Positions 36,681 through 45,893 of a stretch of 64,000 nucleotides of DNA are shown here, in pieces. A model generated the notes under the pieces. The model worked only from the letters and a program-made list of their open reading frames with translations. It searched no databases and was not told the origin of the DNA. Where the stretch lies: the NCBI GenBank assembly GCA_035543935.1, contig DATKIV010000013.1, positions 24,412-88,411 on the forward strand, in the 5' to 3' direction. A program made the translations under genes and the position numbers. Every line of letters begins with the position of its first letter. The first letter of the stretch is position 1. This stretch comes from Allosphingosinicella sp. (GTDB taxonomy: Bacteria; Pseudomonadota; Alphaproteobacteria; Sphingomonadales; Sphingomonadaceae).

Positions 36681-37009
36681 CAGCCGGCAAGCCCGAGGAA
36701 GACGAGCAGAGCGCGATCGACTCGTGTCATTTCATCTTCCGAGAGGGTGCCGATAACTCGGCCCGTCCGACCGCGCCGCGCCGTGACAATGACGTCGATC
36801 ATCAGGTCGGAGACAGATCGGAGCCCGTTTTCCGCGCTCGGATCGAATCGCAGCCGGGTTAGGGGAATGTCATTCAGATCGGTTGTGAAAAGCGCCACGA
36901 CAACCGTGGCCGATGCGTCGATCTGATCCGCCTGGATGACAAGCGCCGGGCGGGGCTTGCCGCCGAAGCCTCCGCCGGTGGCGACGGTGACGACGTTGCC
37001 GCGTTTCAA
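36680..37009 (-). CDS. PemK/MazF-family toxin
   Basis: TTG start; [21 protein letters not shown]...[10 protein letters not shown]. Confidence 0.9.
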   Translation of the reverse strand: MKRGNVVTVATGGGFGGKPRPALVIQADQIDASATVVVALFTTDLNDIPLTRLRFDPSAENGLRSVSDLMIDVIVTARRGRTGRVIGTLSEDEMTRVDRALLVFLGLAG

Positions 37010-37236
37010 TCCTCGTCGTCCGGCGGCCAATATTGGAGCGCCTCGGCGAAGGCCAGGTCGTCGGAATCCCTCATTGCCTCGGCAAGCAACAGTGACTGTC
37101 GGTGCGCCTCGGCCTTGAACTCCCGCGAGTGCACGTCGGGCACCCAGAATTGCTTGAGCCGAAGCCCCTGCGCGCGCAACGCCGCGCGGCGCTTGGCGAC
37201 GCGCTCGCGGCCGGGGACAGGTCCGGGCTTGTTCAT
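37006..37236 (-). CDS. MazE-like antitoxin (DUF3018-like)
   Basis: RERVAKRRAALRAQGLRLKQFWVPDV...EAHRQS; 4-nt overlap with toxin. Confidence 0.88.
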   Translation of the reverse strand: MNKPGPVPGRERVAKRRAALRAQGLRLKQFWVPDVHSREFKAEAHRQSLLLAEAMRDSDDLAFAEALQYWPPDDED

Positions 37237-37572
37237 CGTCGTCTCCGTTACATGTAACGTAAGCGATAGAGCGGAGACCCGCAAGCGCCCTGTCTCCTTC
37301 CGCCCCCTTTCAATGTAGGATTTCGTCCGGCACACTGGCGCGACTCGGGCTCCTGGCGGGCCGTGGGCGGCTCTTTCACGCTGTCGATCCCATGGCGGGA
37401 CGCATTCGCTCCCGCCGGCACCGGCGCGCCCCGGCCTGGCGTTTCGGGGGAGGGGTCCCCCCGCGAATCCATGTGACATTCGTGCCAGTCGTGCCAGTCG
37501 TGCCATTCGGCCGTTCGGCGAATCACCTGTTCCAGGCGTCCACTTTGTCCATTTTTTTTTGGGCCGCCGCGC

Positions 37573-38325
37573 CTAAAACCCCAGTCCGTCCCACAGCAAT
37601 TTCGCGCCCGCCGCCACCATCAGCACGTAGACGATCGTGTAGAAGCGCTCGACCGGGACCTTGCGGACCAGCCAGACGCCGGCGAGGCTGGCGAAGAGGG
37701 CGAAGGGGAGGAGGACGAGCGTCGCCAGCGCATTGTCGCGGGTGAACTGGCCAAGCGCGACATAGGCCGGGACCTTGATCCAGTTCAGAGCGGCGAAGAA
37801 GATGGCGGTGGTGCCGACGAAGACGTCGCGGGCGAGCCGGCGCGGCATCACCCACATCTGGTAGGGCGGGCCGCCGGCATGGGCGATCTGGCTGGTGAAG
37901 CCGGTGGCGATTCCGAACAGGCTGCCGACCCAGGCGGGCGAGCGGCTGGAGGCGGCGATCCGTCCGCCGCGCTCGGCCCAGAGGCGGTAGAGCCCGAACA
38001 GAACCGAGATCGCGCCGACCGCGACCAGGATGGCGGCCGACGAGACCGAGGCCGCGAACAGCCAGCCCAAGGCCACACCCAGAATCGCGCCCGGCAGCAT
38101 GATGACGAGGATCCGCCCGTCCCAGCTCTTGCGGAACGCGGTCACGCCGATGACGTCCTGGGCGATCAGGATCGGCAGCAGGATCGCCGCGGCCCGAACC
38201 GGATCCATGCCCAAGGCCATGAGCGGCACGCCAAGCGCGGCCAGGCCCGAAAAGCCGCCCTTGCCGAGGCCGATCAGGAGGACGGCGGGGATGGCGTAAA
38301 GGTAGAAGGCTGGGTCCTGCGGCAT
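37573..38325 (-). CDS. TauE/SafE-family membrane exporter
   Basis: GLGKGGFSG, AHAGGPP, multiple TM helices. Confidence 0.9.
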   Translation of the reverse strand: MPQDPAFYLYAIPAVLLIGLGKGGFSGLAALGVPLMALGMDPVRAAAILLPILIAQDVIGVTAFRKSWDGRILVIMLPGAILGVALGWLFAASVSSAAILVAVGAISVLFGLYRLWAERGGRIAASSRSPAWVGSLFGIATGFTSQIAHAGGPPYQMWVMPRRLARDVFVGTTAIFFAALNWIKVPAYVALGQFTRDNALATLVLLPFALFASLAGVWLVRKVPVERFYTIVYVLMVAAGAKLLWDGLGF

Positions 38326-38333
38326 CGCCCCCT

Positions 38334-38365
38334 CGTCATTCCAGCGAAAGCTGGAATCTCACTTC
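38334..38365. repeat. Truncated family A CGTC repeat (single arm)
   Basis: CGTCATTCCAGCGAAAGCTGGAATCTCACTTC identical to the left arm at 52058; partner arm absent. Confidence 0.8.
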
Positions 38366-38371
38366 GTGCGA

Positions 38372-38443
38372 GGGGACAGTTACTTTTTTCCGCGACGCGC
38401 GAAACGGTGGATCGGCCCGGGCCGGAAAAAAGTAACTGTCCCC
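38372..38443. repeat. GGGGACAGTTAC inverted-repeat element, copy 2
   Basis: 21-bp perfect IR 38372-38392/38423-38443. Confidence 0.85.
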
Positions 38444-38447
38444 ATTC

Positions 38448-39734
38448 CTAGTCGACCCGAGCGCGCTCCAGCCGCGGCGACAGGAAGTGGACGGCGGCGA
38501 GAGCGACGAAATAGGCGCTGCCGGCGACGATGAAGATCGGCGTGTAGCTGCCGATCCGCTGCAGGATCTGCCCGACGTAGAGCGAGAAGACCATGCCGCC
38601 GATCGCGCCGACCGTGCCGCCGATGCCGATCACGCTGCCGACCGCGCTCCTCGGGAAGAGGTCGGAAGGAAGCGTATAGAGGTTCGCCGAGAAGGCCTGG
38701 TGCGCGGCGGTGGCGATGCCGATCACCAGCACGGCGACCCAGAGATTGTCGTAGGATTGGGCGAAGAAGATCGGAGTCACCAGGAAGCAGCAGGCGAGCA
38801 TGGTCGTCTTGCGCGCGTAATTGACGCTCTTGCCCGCCTTGATCATCCGCGACGATGCCCAGCCGCCCGCCACCGAGCCGATGTCGGAGAGCAGGTAGAT
38901 GGCGACGAGCGGCGGCCCGAACGTCCTGAGGTCAAGGCCGTAGCGGTCGCCGAGGAAGCCCGGCAGCCAGAACAGATAGAACCACCAGATCGGGTCGATG
39001 AAGAACTTGCCGAGCGCATATGCCCAGGTCTCGCGGCGGACGGTGAGCCGGCGCCACGGCATCGGCGTCACCGGGTCGACCGGGTCCTGCTCGATATAAG
39101 CGAGCTCGGCGGCGGAGACGCGCTTATGCTCGCGCGGCCGGCGGTACATGGCGAGCCAGGCAATCAGCCAGACCGAAGTGGCGACACCGGTGATGACGAA
39201 GGCGGCGCGCCAGCCATAAGCCAGGACCAGCCAGGGCACGACCAGCGGCGTGACGATCGCGCCGATATTGGCGCCGGCGTTGAAGATGCCGACCGCGAAG
39301 GCGCGCTCCTTGGCCGGAAACCACTCGGTGACCGCCTTGATACCGGCGGGGAAATTGCCGGCCTCGCCGATGCCGAGGCCGAAGCGGACCATCGCGAACT
39401 GGGTGACGCTGTGGACGCCGCCATGGGCGATATGGGCGAGCGTCCAGATCACGAAGGCGATCGCATAGCCGAAGCGGGCGCCGATCAGGTCGACGAGCCG
39501 GCCGAAGCCGATATAGCCGATCGCATAAGCGGTCTGGAACCAGAAGACGACGTTGGCGAAATCGGCCTCGGTCCAGTGGAGGTCGCCCTTCAGCGTGTCC
39601 TTGAGCACGCCGAGCATCTGCCGGTCGATATAGTTGATGACGGTCGCCGCGAAGAGCAGGCCGACGATCACCCAGCGGTAGCGGCCGACCCGCGCGGCGG
39701 CACGCTCGATGGTTTCCCTGCCCGCGTCCGTCAT
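38448..39734 (-). CDS. exuT: MFS hexuronate transporter (ExuT-like)
   Basis: INYIDRQ, RFGLGIGEAGNFPAGIKAVTEWFPAKERA, DPIWWFYLFWLP; start probably ATG 39734. Confidence 0.85.
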   Translation of the reverse strand: MTDAGRETIERAAARVGRYRWVIVGLLFAATVINYIDRQMLGVLKDTLKGDLHWTEADFANVVFWFQTAYAIGYIGFGRLVDLIGARFGYAIAFVIWTLAHIAHGGVHSVTQFAMVRFGLGIGEAGNFPAGIKAVTEWFPAKERAFAVGIFNAGANIGAIVTPLVVPWLVLAYGWRAAFVITGVATSVWLIAWLAMYRRPREHKRVSAAELAYIEQDPVDPVTPMPWRRLTVRRETWAYALGKFFIDPIWWFYLFWLPGFLGDRYGLDLRTFGPPLVAIYLLSDIGSVAGGWASSRMIKAGKSVNYARKTTMLACCFLVTPIFFAQSYDNLWVAVLVIGIATAAHQAFSANLYTLPSDLFPRSAVGSVIGIGGTVGAIGGMVFSLYVGQILQRIGSYTPIFIVAGSAYFVALAAVHFLSPRLERARVD

Positions 39735-39782
39735 CCCCGGCCTCTCCCTTTCACGCTCATCCGGCGTTTCGGGATTTGTATG

Positions 39783-39796
39783 GGAAACCGGTGTCA
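39783..39796. promoter_or_regulatory. LacI-type operator 1 (upstream of exuT)
   Basis: GGAAACCGGTGTCA. Confidence 0.75.
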
Positions 39797-39846
39797 TATA
39801 CAATCCCGGACGGGCCGAGGGACGCTGGCGTTCGATCTCGCTCGGT

Positions 39847-39931
39847 CGTCATGCCGGACTTGATCCGGCATCCATTTTTTCCTGATCGCAACGAGCTGAA
39901 GAGGTGGACCCCGGATCAAGTCCGGGGTGAC
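39847..39931. repeat. CGTC-tagged palindromic doublet (family B)
   Basis: CGTCATGCCGGACTTGATCCGGCATCCA ... TGGACCCCGGATCAAGTCCGGGGTGAC. Confidence 0.88.
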
Positions 39932-39941
39932 AATGCAAACC

Positions 39942-40745
39942 CTATTCCGGCTCCGCGGCGACCAGGGTGCAGGCGAGGCTGAGCGAGTCGCTGAAGCGCG
40001 CCTCGACCGTCTGGCCGGGAAAGGCGCGGTGGACGCCGGTGACGGCGCCCGACGAGATCCACTGGCCGGGGACAAGCGCGATGCCGCGCCGCGCCATCAG
40101 CTCGAACAGGAAGCGCGCCGCGCCGATCGCGCCGTCCGGGAAGCCCGCCGCGCGGCCATTGCCGACCGTGCCGCCGTCGATCCGGGTCGAAACCTCCCAA
40201 TCCTCGAAGCCGCTCGTCCGCCAGTCGGCGATTTCGGGGCCGATGACGAGGCCGTTATTGTTGCCGAAATCGGAGATGACGGCGATCGGGCCGAGCTCGT
40301 TGATGGTGCCGAGAGGCGAGCTCGCGACCTCGATGCCGATATGGACCGCGCCGATCAGGTTCGCGGCTTCGCCGAGGCTGTAATCCTGCTTTTCCGCTGG
40401 CGGCGTGGCGCCGATCTTGAGGAGGAACTCGGCCTCGCCCGCGGCGAAGCCGGCGGCGAAGACGGGCATCTCCACCGCGGCGCCGTTGGCACCGGCGCGT
40501 GCCTCGTGGAAGATGGGGCCGGCCAGGCGGTCGGCACCGAAGCGGTCGATCAAAGGCGGCGGCACGCGGCCGACCTTCCAGCCGATCACCGGCCTGCCCC
40601 AGCGCGCGATCGCCTCGTCCTGGATCGCATAGGCCTCGTCGAGCGTCGCCGGGAAGTCGCCGGGATAGGTGTCGAGCCCGGCGGCGGCGCGGCGCGCGGC
40701 GAGGAATCGGCCGGCGATCCGGCTGCGGGCTTCGACGAGGGTCAC
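39942..40745 (-). CDS. Fumarylacetoacetate hydrolase superfamily protein (2-keto-4-pentenoate hydratase-like)
   Basis: AYAIQD, GWKVG, EAEF, IEVASS, DFGNNNG. Confidence 0.85.
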   Translation of the reverse strand: MTLVEARSRIAGRFLAARRAAAGLDTYPGDFPATLDEAYAIQDEAIARWGRPVIGWKVGRVPPPLIDRFGADRLAGPIFHEARAGANGAAVEMPVFAAGFAAGEAEFLLKIGATPPAEKQDYSLGEAANLIGAVHIGIEVASSPLGTINELGPIAVISDFGNNNGLVIGPEIADWRTSGFEDWEVSTRIDGGTVGNGRAAGFPDGAIGAARFLFELMARRGIALVPGQWISSGAVTGVHRAFPGQTVEARFSDSLSLACTLVAAEPE

Positions 40746-40779
40746 TTTCTCTCCCGGGCGATTTTCTTCGGGTGCTAAC

Positions 40780-40793
40780 GGAAACCGGTGTCA
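40780..40793. promoter_or_regulatory. LacI-type operator 2 (upstream of FAH-family gene)
   Basis: GGAAACCGGTGTCA. Confidence 0.75.
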
Positions 40794-40825
40794 TAAGCAA
40801 CCGGCACGAAGCGCAGCGGGCCGGT

Positions 40826-41446
40826 TCAGTTGCGGAGAAGGCCGGCGGCGGCGCGGGCGCGGGCGGTTATGGCGGCAGGGTCCACCGCCTCGCCGCGCGG
40901 CGCCAGCCAGCTCCCTCCGACGCAGGCCACCGCCGGCAGATCGAGCCAGGCTCGGGCATTGTCCTGGGTGATTCCTCCGGTCGGGCAGAATCGCACCTCG
41001 CCGAAGACGGCACTCAGCGCCTTGAGCACCGGCATCCCGCCGGCCGCTTCGGCGGGGAAGAATTTGAGTCGGGTGAAGCCGAGATCGAGCGCGCGCATGA
41101 TGTCGCCGGTGGTGCTCACTCCCGGCAGATAGGGCACGCCTTCCGCGGCGACCGCCCGGCCCAGAAGCTCGGTCAGGCCCGGGCTGACGATGAACTCCGC
41201 GCCGGCCTCCAGCGCGGCGCCGAGCTGCCGCGGGTCGAGCACGGTGCCGGCGCCGACGATCGCGCCCGGCACCTGCTTCATCGCGCGAATCGCGTCGAGC
41301 GCGGCGGGCGTGCGCAAGGTCACCTCGAGCACCGGCAGCCCGCCCTCGAGCAGGGCCTCGGCGATCGGCCGCGCATCCTCGACCCGGTCGATGACCAGGA
41401 CGGGGATGACGGGGGCGAGGCCCATGAGGCGGTCGATCTCGCTCAA
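40826..41446 (-). CDS. eda: KDPG/KHG aldolase
   Basis: LEVTLRT, GAGTVL, FIVSPG, LKFFPAE, FCPTGGI. Confidence 0.96.
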   Translation of the reverse strand: MSEIDRLMGLAPVIPVLVIDRVEDARPIAEALLEGGLPVLEVTLRTPAALDAIRAMKQVPGAIVGAGTVLDPRQLGAALEAGAEFIVSPGLTELLGRAVAAEGVPYLPGVSTTGDIMRALDLGFTRLKFFPAEAAGGMPVLKALSAVFGEVRFCPTGGITQDNARAWLDLPAVACVGGSWLAPRGEAVDPAAITARARAAAGLLRN

Positions 41447-42912
41447 AGCGTCACTCCGCGCTTCCAGATCGCGATGTCGCGCTCGCCGGCGCGCTCGGCG
41501 GCGGTCGGCGCGCCCGAGGCTATCGCGGCGATGCGCGCGGTCAGCGCGTCTTCCGCGGCCTCGAAGCCGTCGGCGAGCACGGTCCCTGCGTCGAAATCGA
41601 TCCAGCCGGGCTTGCGCGCGGCGAGCGCGCTGTTGGTCGCAATCTTCACCGTCGGCGCCGGGAAGCCCATCGGCGTGCCGCGACCGGTGGTGAACAGGAT
41701 CAGGGTCGCGCCCGCCGCCGCCAGAGCGGTCGCGGAGACCGCGTCGTTGCCCGGCGCCTCGAGGATGGAGAGCCCCTTGCGCCGCAGCCGCTCGCCATAG
41801 AGCAGGACGTCGGCGACCGGCGCGCGGCCGGCCTTCTGCACCGCGCCGAGCGATTTCTCCTCGAGCGTGGTGATGCCGCCCTCGATATTGCCGGGCGATG
41901 GGTTCTCCGAAACGGTCTGGCCGTTGGCGAGATAATAACGCTTGAAGCCGTTCACCACGCCGACCAGCGCGTCGAAGGTCGCGGCGTCGCGGGCGCGCGC
42001 GAGTAGCAGCCGTTCGGCGCCGAATATTTCAGGGATTTCGGTCAGGATCGCCGAGCCGCCGCTGCCGATCACGCGGTCGGCGATACGGCCGACGAGCGGG
42101 TTGGCGGTGAGGCCCGAAAAGCCGTCCGAGCCGCCGCATTTGAGGCCGACGACCAAATCGCCGAGCGGGAAGGACTGACGCGTGTAGAGCGCGGCGGTGG
42201 CGGCGAGCGCGTCGACATAAGCGAGGCCCGCCTCGATCTCGTCCGCCTCGCTCTGCGCCCGCAGCGTGCGGACGCGGCCGCGCAGCGCTTCCGGTATCTC
42301 CTCGATCAGCCGGTCGAGCTGGTTCGATTCGCAGCCGAGGCCGATCAGCAGCACGCCGCCGGCATTGGGATGGCAGGCCAGAGCGGCGAGCAGGGAGCGC
42401 GTCCCGTCCAGGTCCTCGCCGAGCTGCGAGCAGCCGTGCGGGTGCCCGAAAGCGAAGACGCCGTCGACCGTCTTGGCGTGGCGGGCATGGGCGATGGCGG
42501 CGATCCGCTCGGCGGTCCGGGCTACGCAGCCGACCGTCGGCAGGATCCAGATTTCGTTGCGCGTGCCGACCCGGCCGTCGGGCCGCCTGTAGCCGTGGAA
42601 GCGCGTCACCTTGTCCTCGGGCAGAGGCGGGGCGGGCGCGGGGGCGTAGGCATAGCCTTCGACGCCGGTCAGCAGGGTTTCCAGATTGTGGACGTGGACA
42701 TGGCCGCCCGCCGCGACGCGCTCCGTCAGCCGCCCGATCGGCCAGCCATATTTGCGCACCACCGCGCCCGCTTCCAGGTCGCGCAGCGCCTGCTTGTGCC
42801 CGGCCGGGACATTGTCCGTCGCCCGGAGCGCCACCGCGACGTCGTCGTCGGGGCTCAACCGCAGCAGAGCGGGCGCCTCGGGCGCGGCCGGGAGGGGACT
42901 GGCTTGTGACAT
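41443..42912 (-). CDS. uxaA: Altronate dehydratase (UxaA family, SAF domain)
   Basis: GHKQAL, HVHVHN, HPHGCSQLG, GLKCGGSDG, ENPSPGNIEGGITTLEEKSLG, FTTGRGTP. Confidence 0.92.
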   Translation of the reverse strand: MSQASPLPAAPEAPALLRLSPDDDVAVALRATDNVPAGHKQALRDLEAGAVVRKYGWPIGRLTERVAAGGHVHVHNLETLLTGVEGYAYAPAPAPPLPEDKVTRFHGYRRPDGRVGTRNEIWILPTVGCVARTAERIAAIAHARHAKTVDGVFAFGHPHGCSQLGEDLDGTRSLLAALACHPNAGGVLLIGLGCESNQLDRLIEEIPEALRGRVRTLRAQSEADEIEAGLAYVDALAATAALYTRQSFPLGDLVVGLKCGGSDGFSGLTANPLVGRIADRVIGSGGSAILTEIPEIFGAERLLLARARDAATFDALVGVVNGFKRYYLANGQTVSENPSPGNIEGGITTLEEKSLGAVQKAGRAPVADVLLYGERLRRKGLSILEAPGNDAVSATALAAAGATLILFTTGRGTPMGFPAPTVKIATNSALAARKPGWIDFDAGTVLADGFEAAEDALTARIAAIASGAPTAAERAGERDIAIWKRGVTL

Positions 42913-42914
42913 AT

Positions 42915-42928
42915 GGAAACCGGTGTCA
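42915..42928. promoter_or_regulatory. LacI-type operator 3 (between uxaA and regulator)
   Basis: GGAAACCGGTGTCA, 2 nt from the uxaA ATG. Confidence 0.75.
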
Positions 42929-42989
42929 CACTAAAGCCGCTCGCCTTTGCGGGCAAGGGCGCGCTAATCAGCGGCCGGGAGTGACGAGA

Positions 42990-44045
42990 TTGGCCAAACC
43001 GAAGGATAGCCGCGGCACCGGGGAGCGCGCGGCGCGATCGACGATCAACGACGTCGCCCGAATCGCCGGCGTCTCGAAGAAGACGGTGAGCCGGGTGATC
43101 AACCGCTCCCCCTTGCTCAACGAGGAGACGCGCGAGAAGGTCGAGAAGGTGATTCGCGAGCTCGGCTACGTCCCCAATCCGCAGGCGCGCGCGCTGGCGC
43201 TCAGGCGCAACTTCCTGATCGGCCTGATCCACGACAATCCCAACGCGCAGATGGTTTTGAACGTCCAGCAGGGCATATTGGAGGCGCTCGCCGGCACCGA
43301 GTTCGAGATGGTGGTGCGCCCGGTCGACCGCAACTCGCAGATGATGCTCGAGGACGTCCGCCACTTCCTCGAGCGCCAGCGCCTGTTCGGCGTCGTGCTG
43401 CTGCCGCCGATCAGCGAGAATGACGCGCTCGCGCGGCTGTGCGACGAGGTCGGCTGCCGCTACGTGCGGATGGGCTCGGCCGAGCTTGACGACGCCGACC
43501 ACATGGTCGCCTCCAACGACCGCGACGCGGTCCGCGAGGCGACCGACCATCTCATCGAGATGGGCCACAAGTTGATCGGCCTGATCGAGGGGCCGGACGG
43601 CTTCCGCTCGGCCCGCGAGCGCCGGCTCGGCTTCGAGGATTCGCTCGCCGCGGCCGGGCATACCTTGCCGCGCAGCCTGATCGCGCGCGGCAATTACACG
43701 TTCGAGACAGGCGTCACCGCCGCCGAGCGGCTGCTCGACCTGTCGCCGCGCCCGACCGCAATCTTCGCCAGCAATGACGAAATGGCCGCCGGCGTCGTCT
43801 TCGCCGCGCGCGAGCGGGGAATAAGCGTGCCCGAGGAATTGTCGGTGATCGGCTTCGACGACACCCCGATCGCCGCCCATATCTGGCCGCCCTTGACCAC
43901 CGTGCGCTGGCCGATCGTCTCGATGGCCCGCTCGGCCGCGCGCAAGCTGGTCGGCGACATGGTCGGCGGCTTGGCGGCGGGCGAGCAGCCCTCCGAACTG
44001 CCCTCGACCCTGGTCAAGCGCGCCAGCGTGGCGCCGCCGCCCTAG
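42990..44045 (+). CDS. LacI-family transcriptional regulator
   Basis: TINDVARIAGVSKKTVSRVIN HTH, YVPNPQARALA hinge, ASNDEMAAG, GFDD; probable TTG start 42990. Confidence 0.95.
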   Translation: MAKPKDSRGTGERAARSTINDVARIAGVSKKTVSRVINRSPLLNEETREKVEKVIRELGYVPNPQARALALRRNFLIGLIHDNPNAQMVLNVQQGILEALAGTEFEMVVRPVDRNSQMMLEDVRHFLERQRLFGVVLLPPISENDALARLCDEVGCRYVRMGSAELDDADHMVASNDRDAVREATDHLIEMGHKLIGLIEGPDGFRSARERRLGFEDSLAAAGHTLPRSLIARGNYTFETGVTAAERLLDLSPRPTAIFASNDEMAAGVVFAARERGISVPEELSVIGFDDTPIAAHIWPPLTTVRWPIVSMARSAARKLVGDMVGGLAAGEQPSELPSTLVKRASVAPPP

Positions 44046-44116
44046 GGACAGTTACTATTTTTCATTCTCGGCCTGCCTCGCTCTTCTGTCGGTGGTGAAA
44101 AATAGTAACTGTCCCC
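44045..44116. repeat. GGGGACAGTTAC inverted-repeat element, copy 3
   Basis: 20-bp IR 44045-44064/44096-44115. Confidence 0.85.
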
Positions 44117-44144
44117 ATTTCCGCGCGAATGTTGCCGTCGTCCC

Positions 44145-44158
44145 TGACACCGGTTACC
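44145..44158. promoter_or_regulatory. LacI-type operator 4 (upstream of kduI)
   Basis: TGACACCGGTTACC. Confidence 0.72.
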
Positions 44159-44185
44159 ATCGCGCTCAAGCTTCAGGAGAGTCGG

Positions 44186-45025
44186 ATGTTCGAGAGGATT
44201 TATTACGCCACCCATCCGGACATGATGGAATGCGTGTCGAACGAGGAATTGCGCGACCGCTATCTTATCTCCGGCCTGTTCCGCGACGGCGAGTGCGTGC
44301 TCAACTACACCCATGCCGACCGCTTCGTGATCGGCGGCGTCGCGGTCGCGGGCGATGCGGTGCGGCTGCCCGAGCAGAGCGAGCCGCCGGCCGCCGCCGG
44401 CCATCCCTTCCTCGAGCGGCGCGAGCTCGCCATCGTCAATGTCGGCGCGGTCGAGGGCCAGGTGACGGTCGACGGCGAGGTCTTCGCGCTCGGCAACAAG
44501 GATTGCCTCTACGTCACCATGGGCGCGAAGGACGTGGTCTTTTCAGGCGCGGGCGCGCATTTCTACCTCGCCTCCTGCCCGGCGCATAAGGCGTTCCAGA
44601 CGCGCAAGCTGGAGATCGCCCAGGCCAATGCGCTCGAGCGCGGCAGCCTCGAGGAATCGAACGAGCGGACCATCTTCCAGCTCGTCATCCCGGGCGTGTG
44701 CGACAGCGCCCAGCTCGTCATGGGCCTCACCGTGCTTCGCCCCGGCAGCGTCTGGAACACGATGCCGCCGCACATCCACGAGCGCCGCAGCGAGATCTAT
44801 TTCTATTTCGAGCTGCCGGAGCCGAATGACCGCGTCTTCCATTATATGGGCGAGGGCGAGGCGATGCGGCATATCGTGGTCGCGAATGAGGAAGCGGTGA
44901 TCTCGCCGCCCTGGTCGATCCACATGGGCTCGGGGACTCGGGCCTATGCCTTCATCTGGGCGATGGCGGGGGAGAATCAGGATTATACCGACATGAACGT
45001 GCTCGACATCTGCCAGCTTCAATGA
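44186..45025 (+). CDS. kduI: 5-dehydro-4-deoxy-D-glucuronate isomerase
   Basis: [51 protein letters not shown]; AGGAGA RBS. Confidence 0.96.
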   Translation: MFERIYYATHPDMMECVSNEELRDRYLISGLFRDGECVLNYTHADRFVIGGVAVAGDAVRLPEQSEPPAAAGHPFLERRELAIVNVGAVEGQVTVDGEVFALGNKDCLYVTMGAKDVVFSGAGAHFYLASCPAHKAFQTRKLEIAQANALERGSLEESNERTIFQLVIPGVCDSAQLVMGLTVLRPGSVWNTMPPHIHERRSEIYFYFELPEPNDRVFHYMGEGEAMRHIVVANEEAVISPPWSIHMGSGTRAYAFIWAMAGENQDYTDMNVLDICQLQ

Positions 45026-45049
45026 GTTTGATCACCCGCTCCCCCCTTC

Positions 45050-45126
45050 CGTTCGTCCCGAGCGAAGTCGAGGGGCGCTGGCACGGACTCAGCACGGGCG
45101 CCCCTCGACTACGCTCGGGACGAACG
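45050..45126. repeat. Palindromic doublet (family C, CGTTCG...TCGA)
   Basis: CGTTCGTCCCGAGCGAAGTCGAGGGGCG ... CGCCCCTCGACTACGCTCGGGACGAACG. Confidence 0.85.
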
Positions 45127-45137
45127 AGGTGTGAGAG

Positions 45138-45893
45138 ATGAGTGCACTCTTCAATCTCAGCGGCAAGATCGCCTTCGTCACCGGCGCCAATACCGGCATC
45201 GGCCAGGCGATCGCTGTGGCGCTGGCGGACGCGGGAGCGGACGTGGCGCTCGTGGGGCGTTCGCGCGCCGACGAGACGTCGGACCAGATCCGCGCTCTCG
45301 GGCGCCGCGTCGCCCTGATCGACGCCGATCTGTCGTCGACCGCCCCCGTGCAGGGCGTGGTCGATCGGACGCTGGCCGAGCTCGGCGGCCTCGATATCCT
45401 CGTCAACAATGCCGGCATCATTCGCCGCGCCGACGCGGTCGAGTTCAGCGAGGCGGATTGGGACGCGGTGATCGACACCAATTTGAAGAGTCTGTTCTTC
45501 CTCTGCCAGGCCGCGGGCCGGCACATGATCGCCCAGGGCTCGGGCAAGATCGTCAACATCGCCTCGCTGCTGAGCTTCCAGGGCGGCATCCGCGTGCCGA
45601 GCTACGCGGCGGCGAAATCCGGCGTGGCCGGGCTGACCAAGGCGCTCGCCAACGAATGGGCGGGACGCGGCGTCAACGTCAACGCGATCGCGCCCGGCTA
45701 TATCGCGACCAACAACACCGCCGCGCTCCAGGCCGACGAGACCCGCAACCGCCAGATCCTGGAGCGCATCCCGGCCGGCCGCTGGGGCGATCCGAACGAC
45801 ATTGCGGGCGCGGCCGTCTTCCTCGCCTCGCCGGCGTCGGATTATGTGAACGGCCATGTCCTGGCGGTGGACGGGGGATGGCTGGGCCGCTGA
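45138..45893 (+). CDS. kduD: 2-dehydro-3-deoxy-D-gluconate 5-dehydrogenase
   Basis: TGANTGIG, NNAGIIRR, FQGGIRVPSYAAAK, NAIAPGY, RIPAGRWG. Confidence 0.96.
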   Translation: MSALFNLSGKIAFVTGANTGIGQAIAVALADAGADVALVGRSRADETSDQIRALGRRVALIDADLSSTAPVQGVVDRTLAELGGLDILVNNAGIIRRADAVEFSEADWDAVIDTNLKSLFFLCQAAGRHMIAQGSGKIVNIASLLSFQGGIRVPSYAAAKSGVAGLTKALANEWAGRGVNVNAIAPGYIATNNTAALQADETRNRQILERIPAGRWGDPNDIAGAAVFLASPASDYVNGHVLAVDGGWLGR

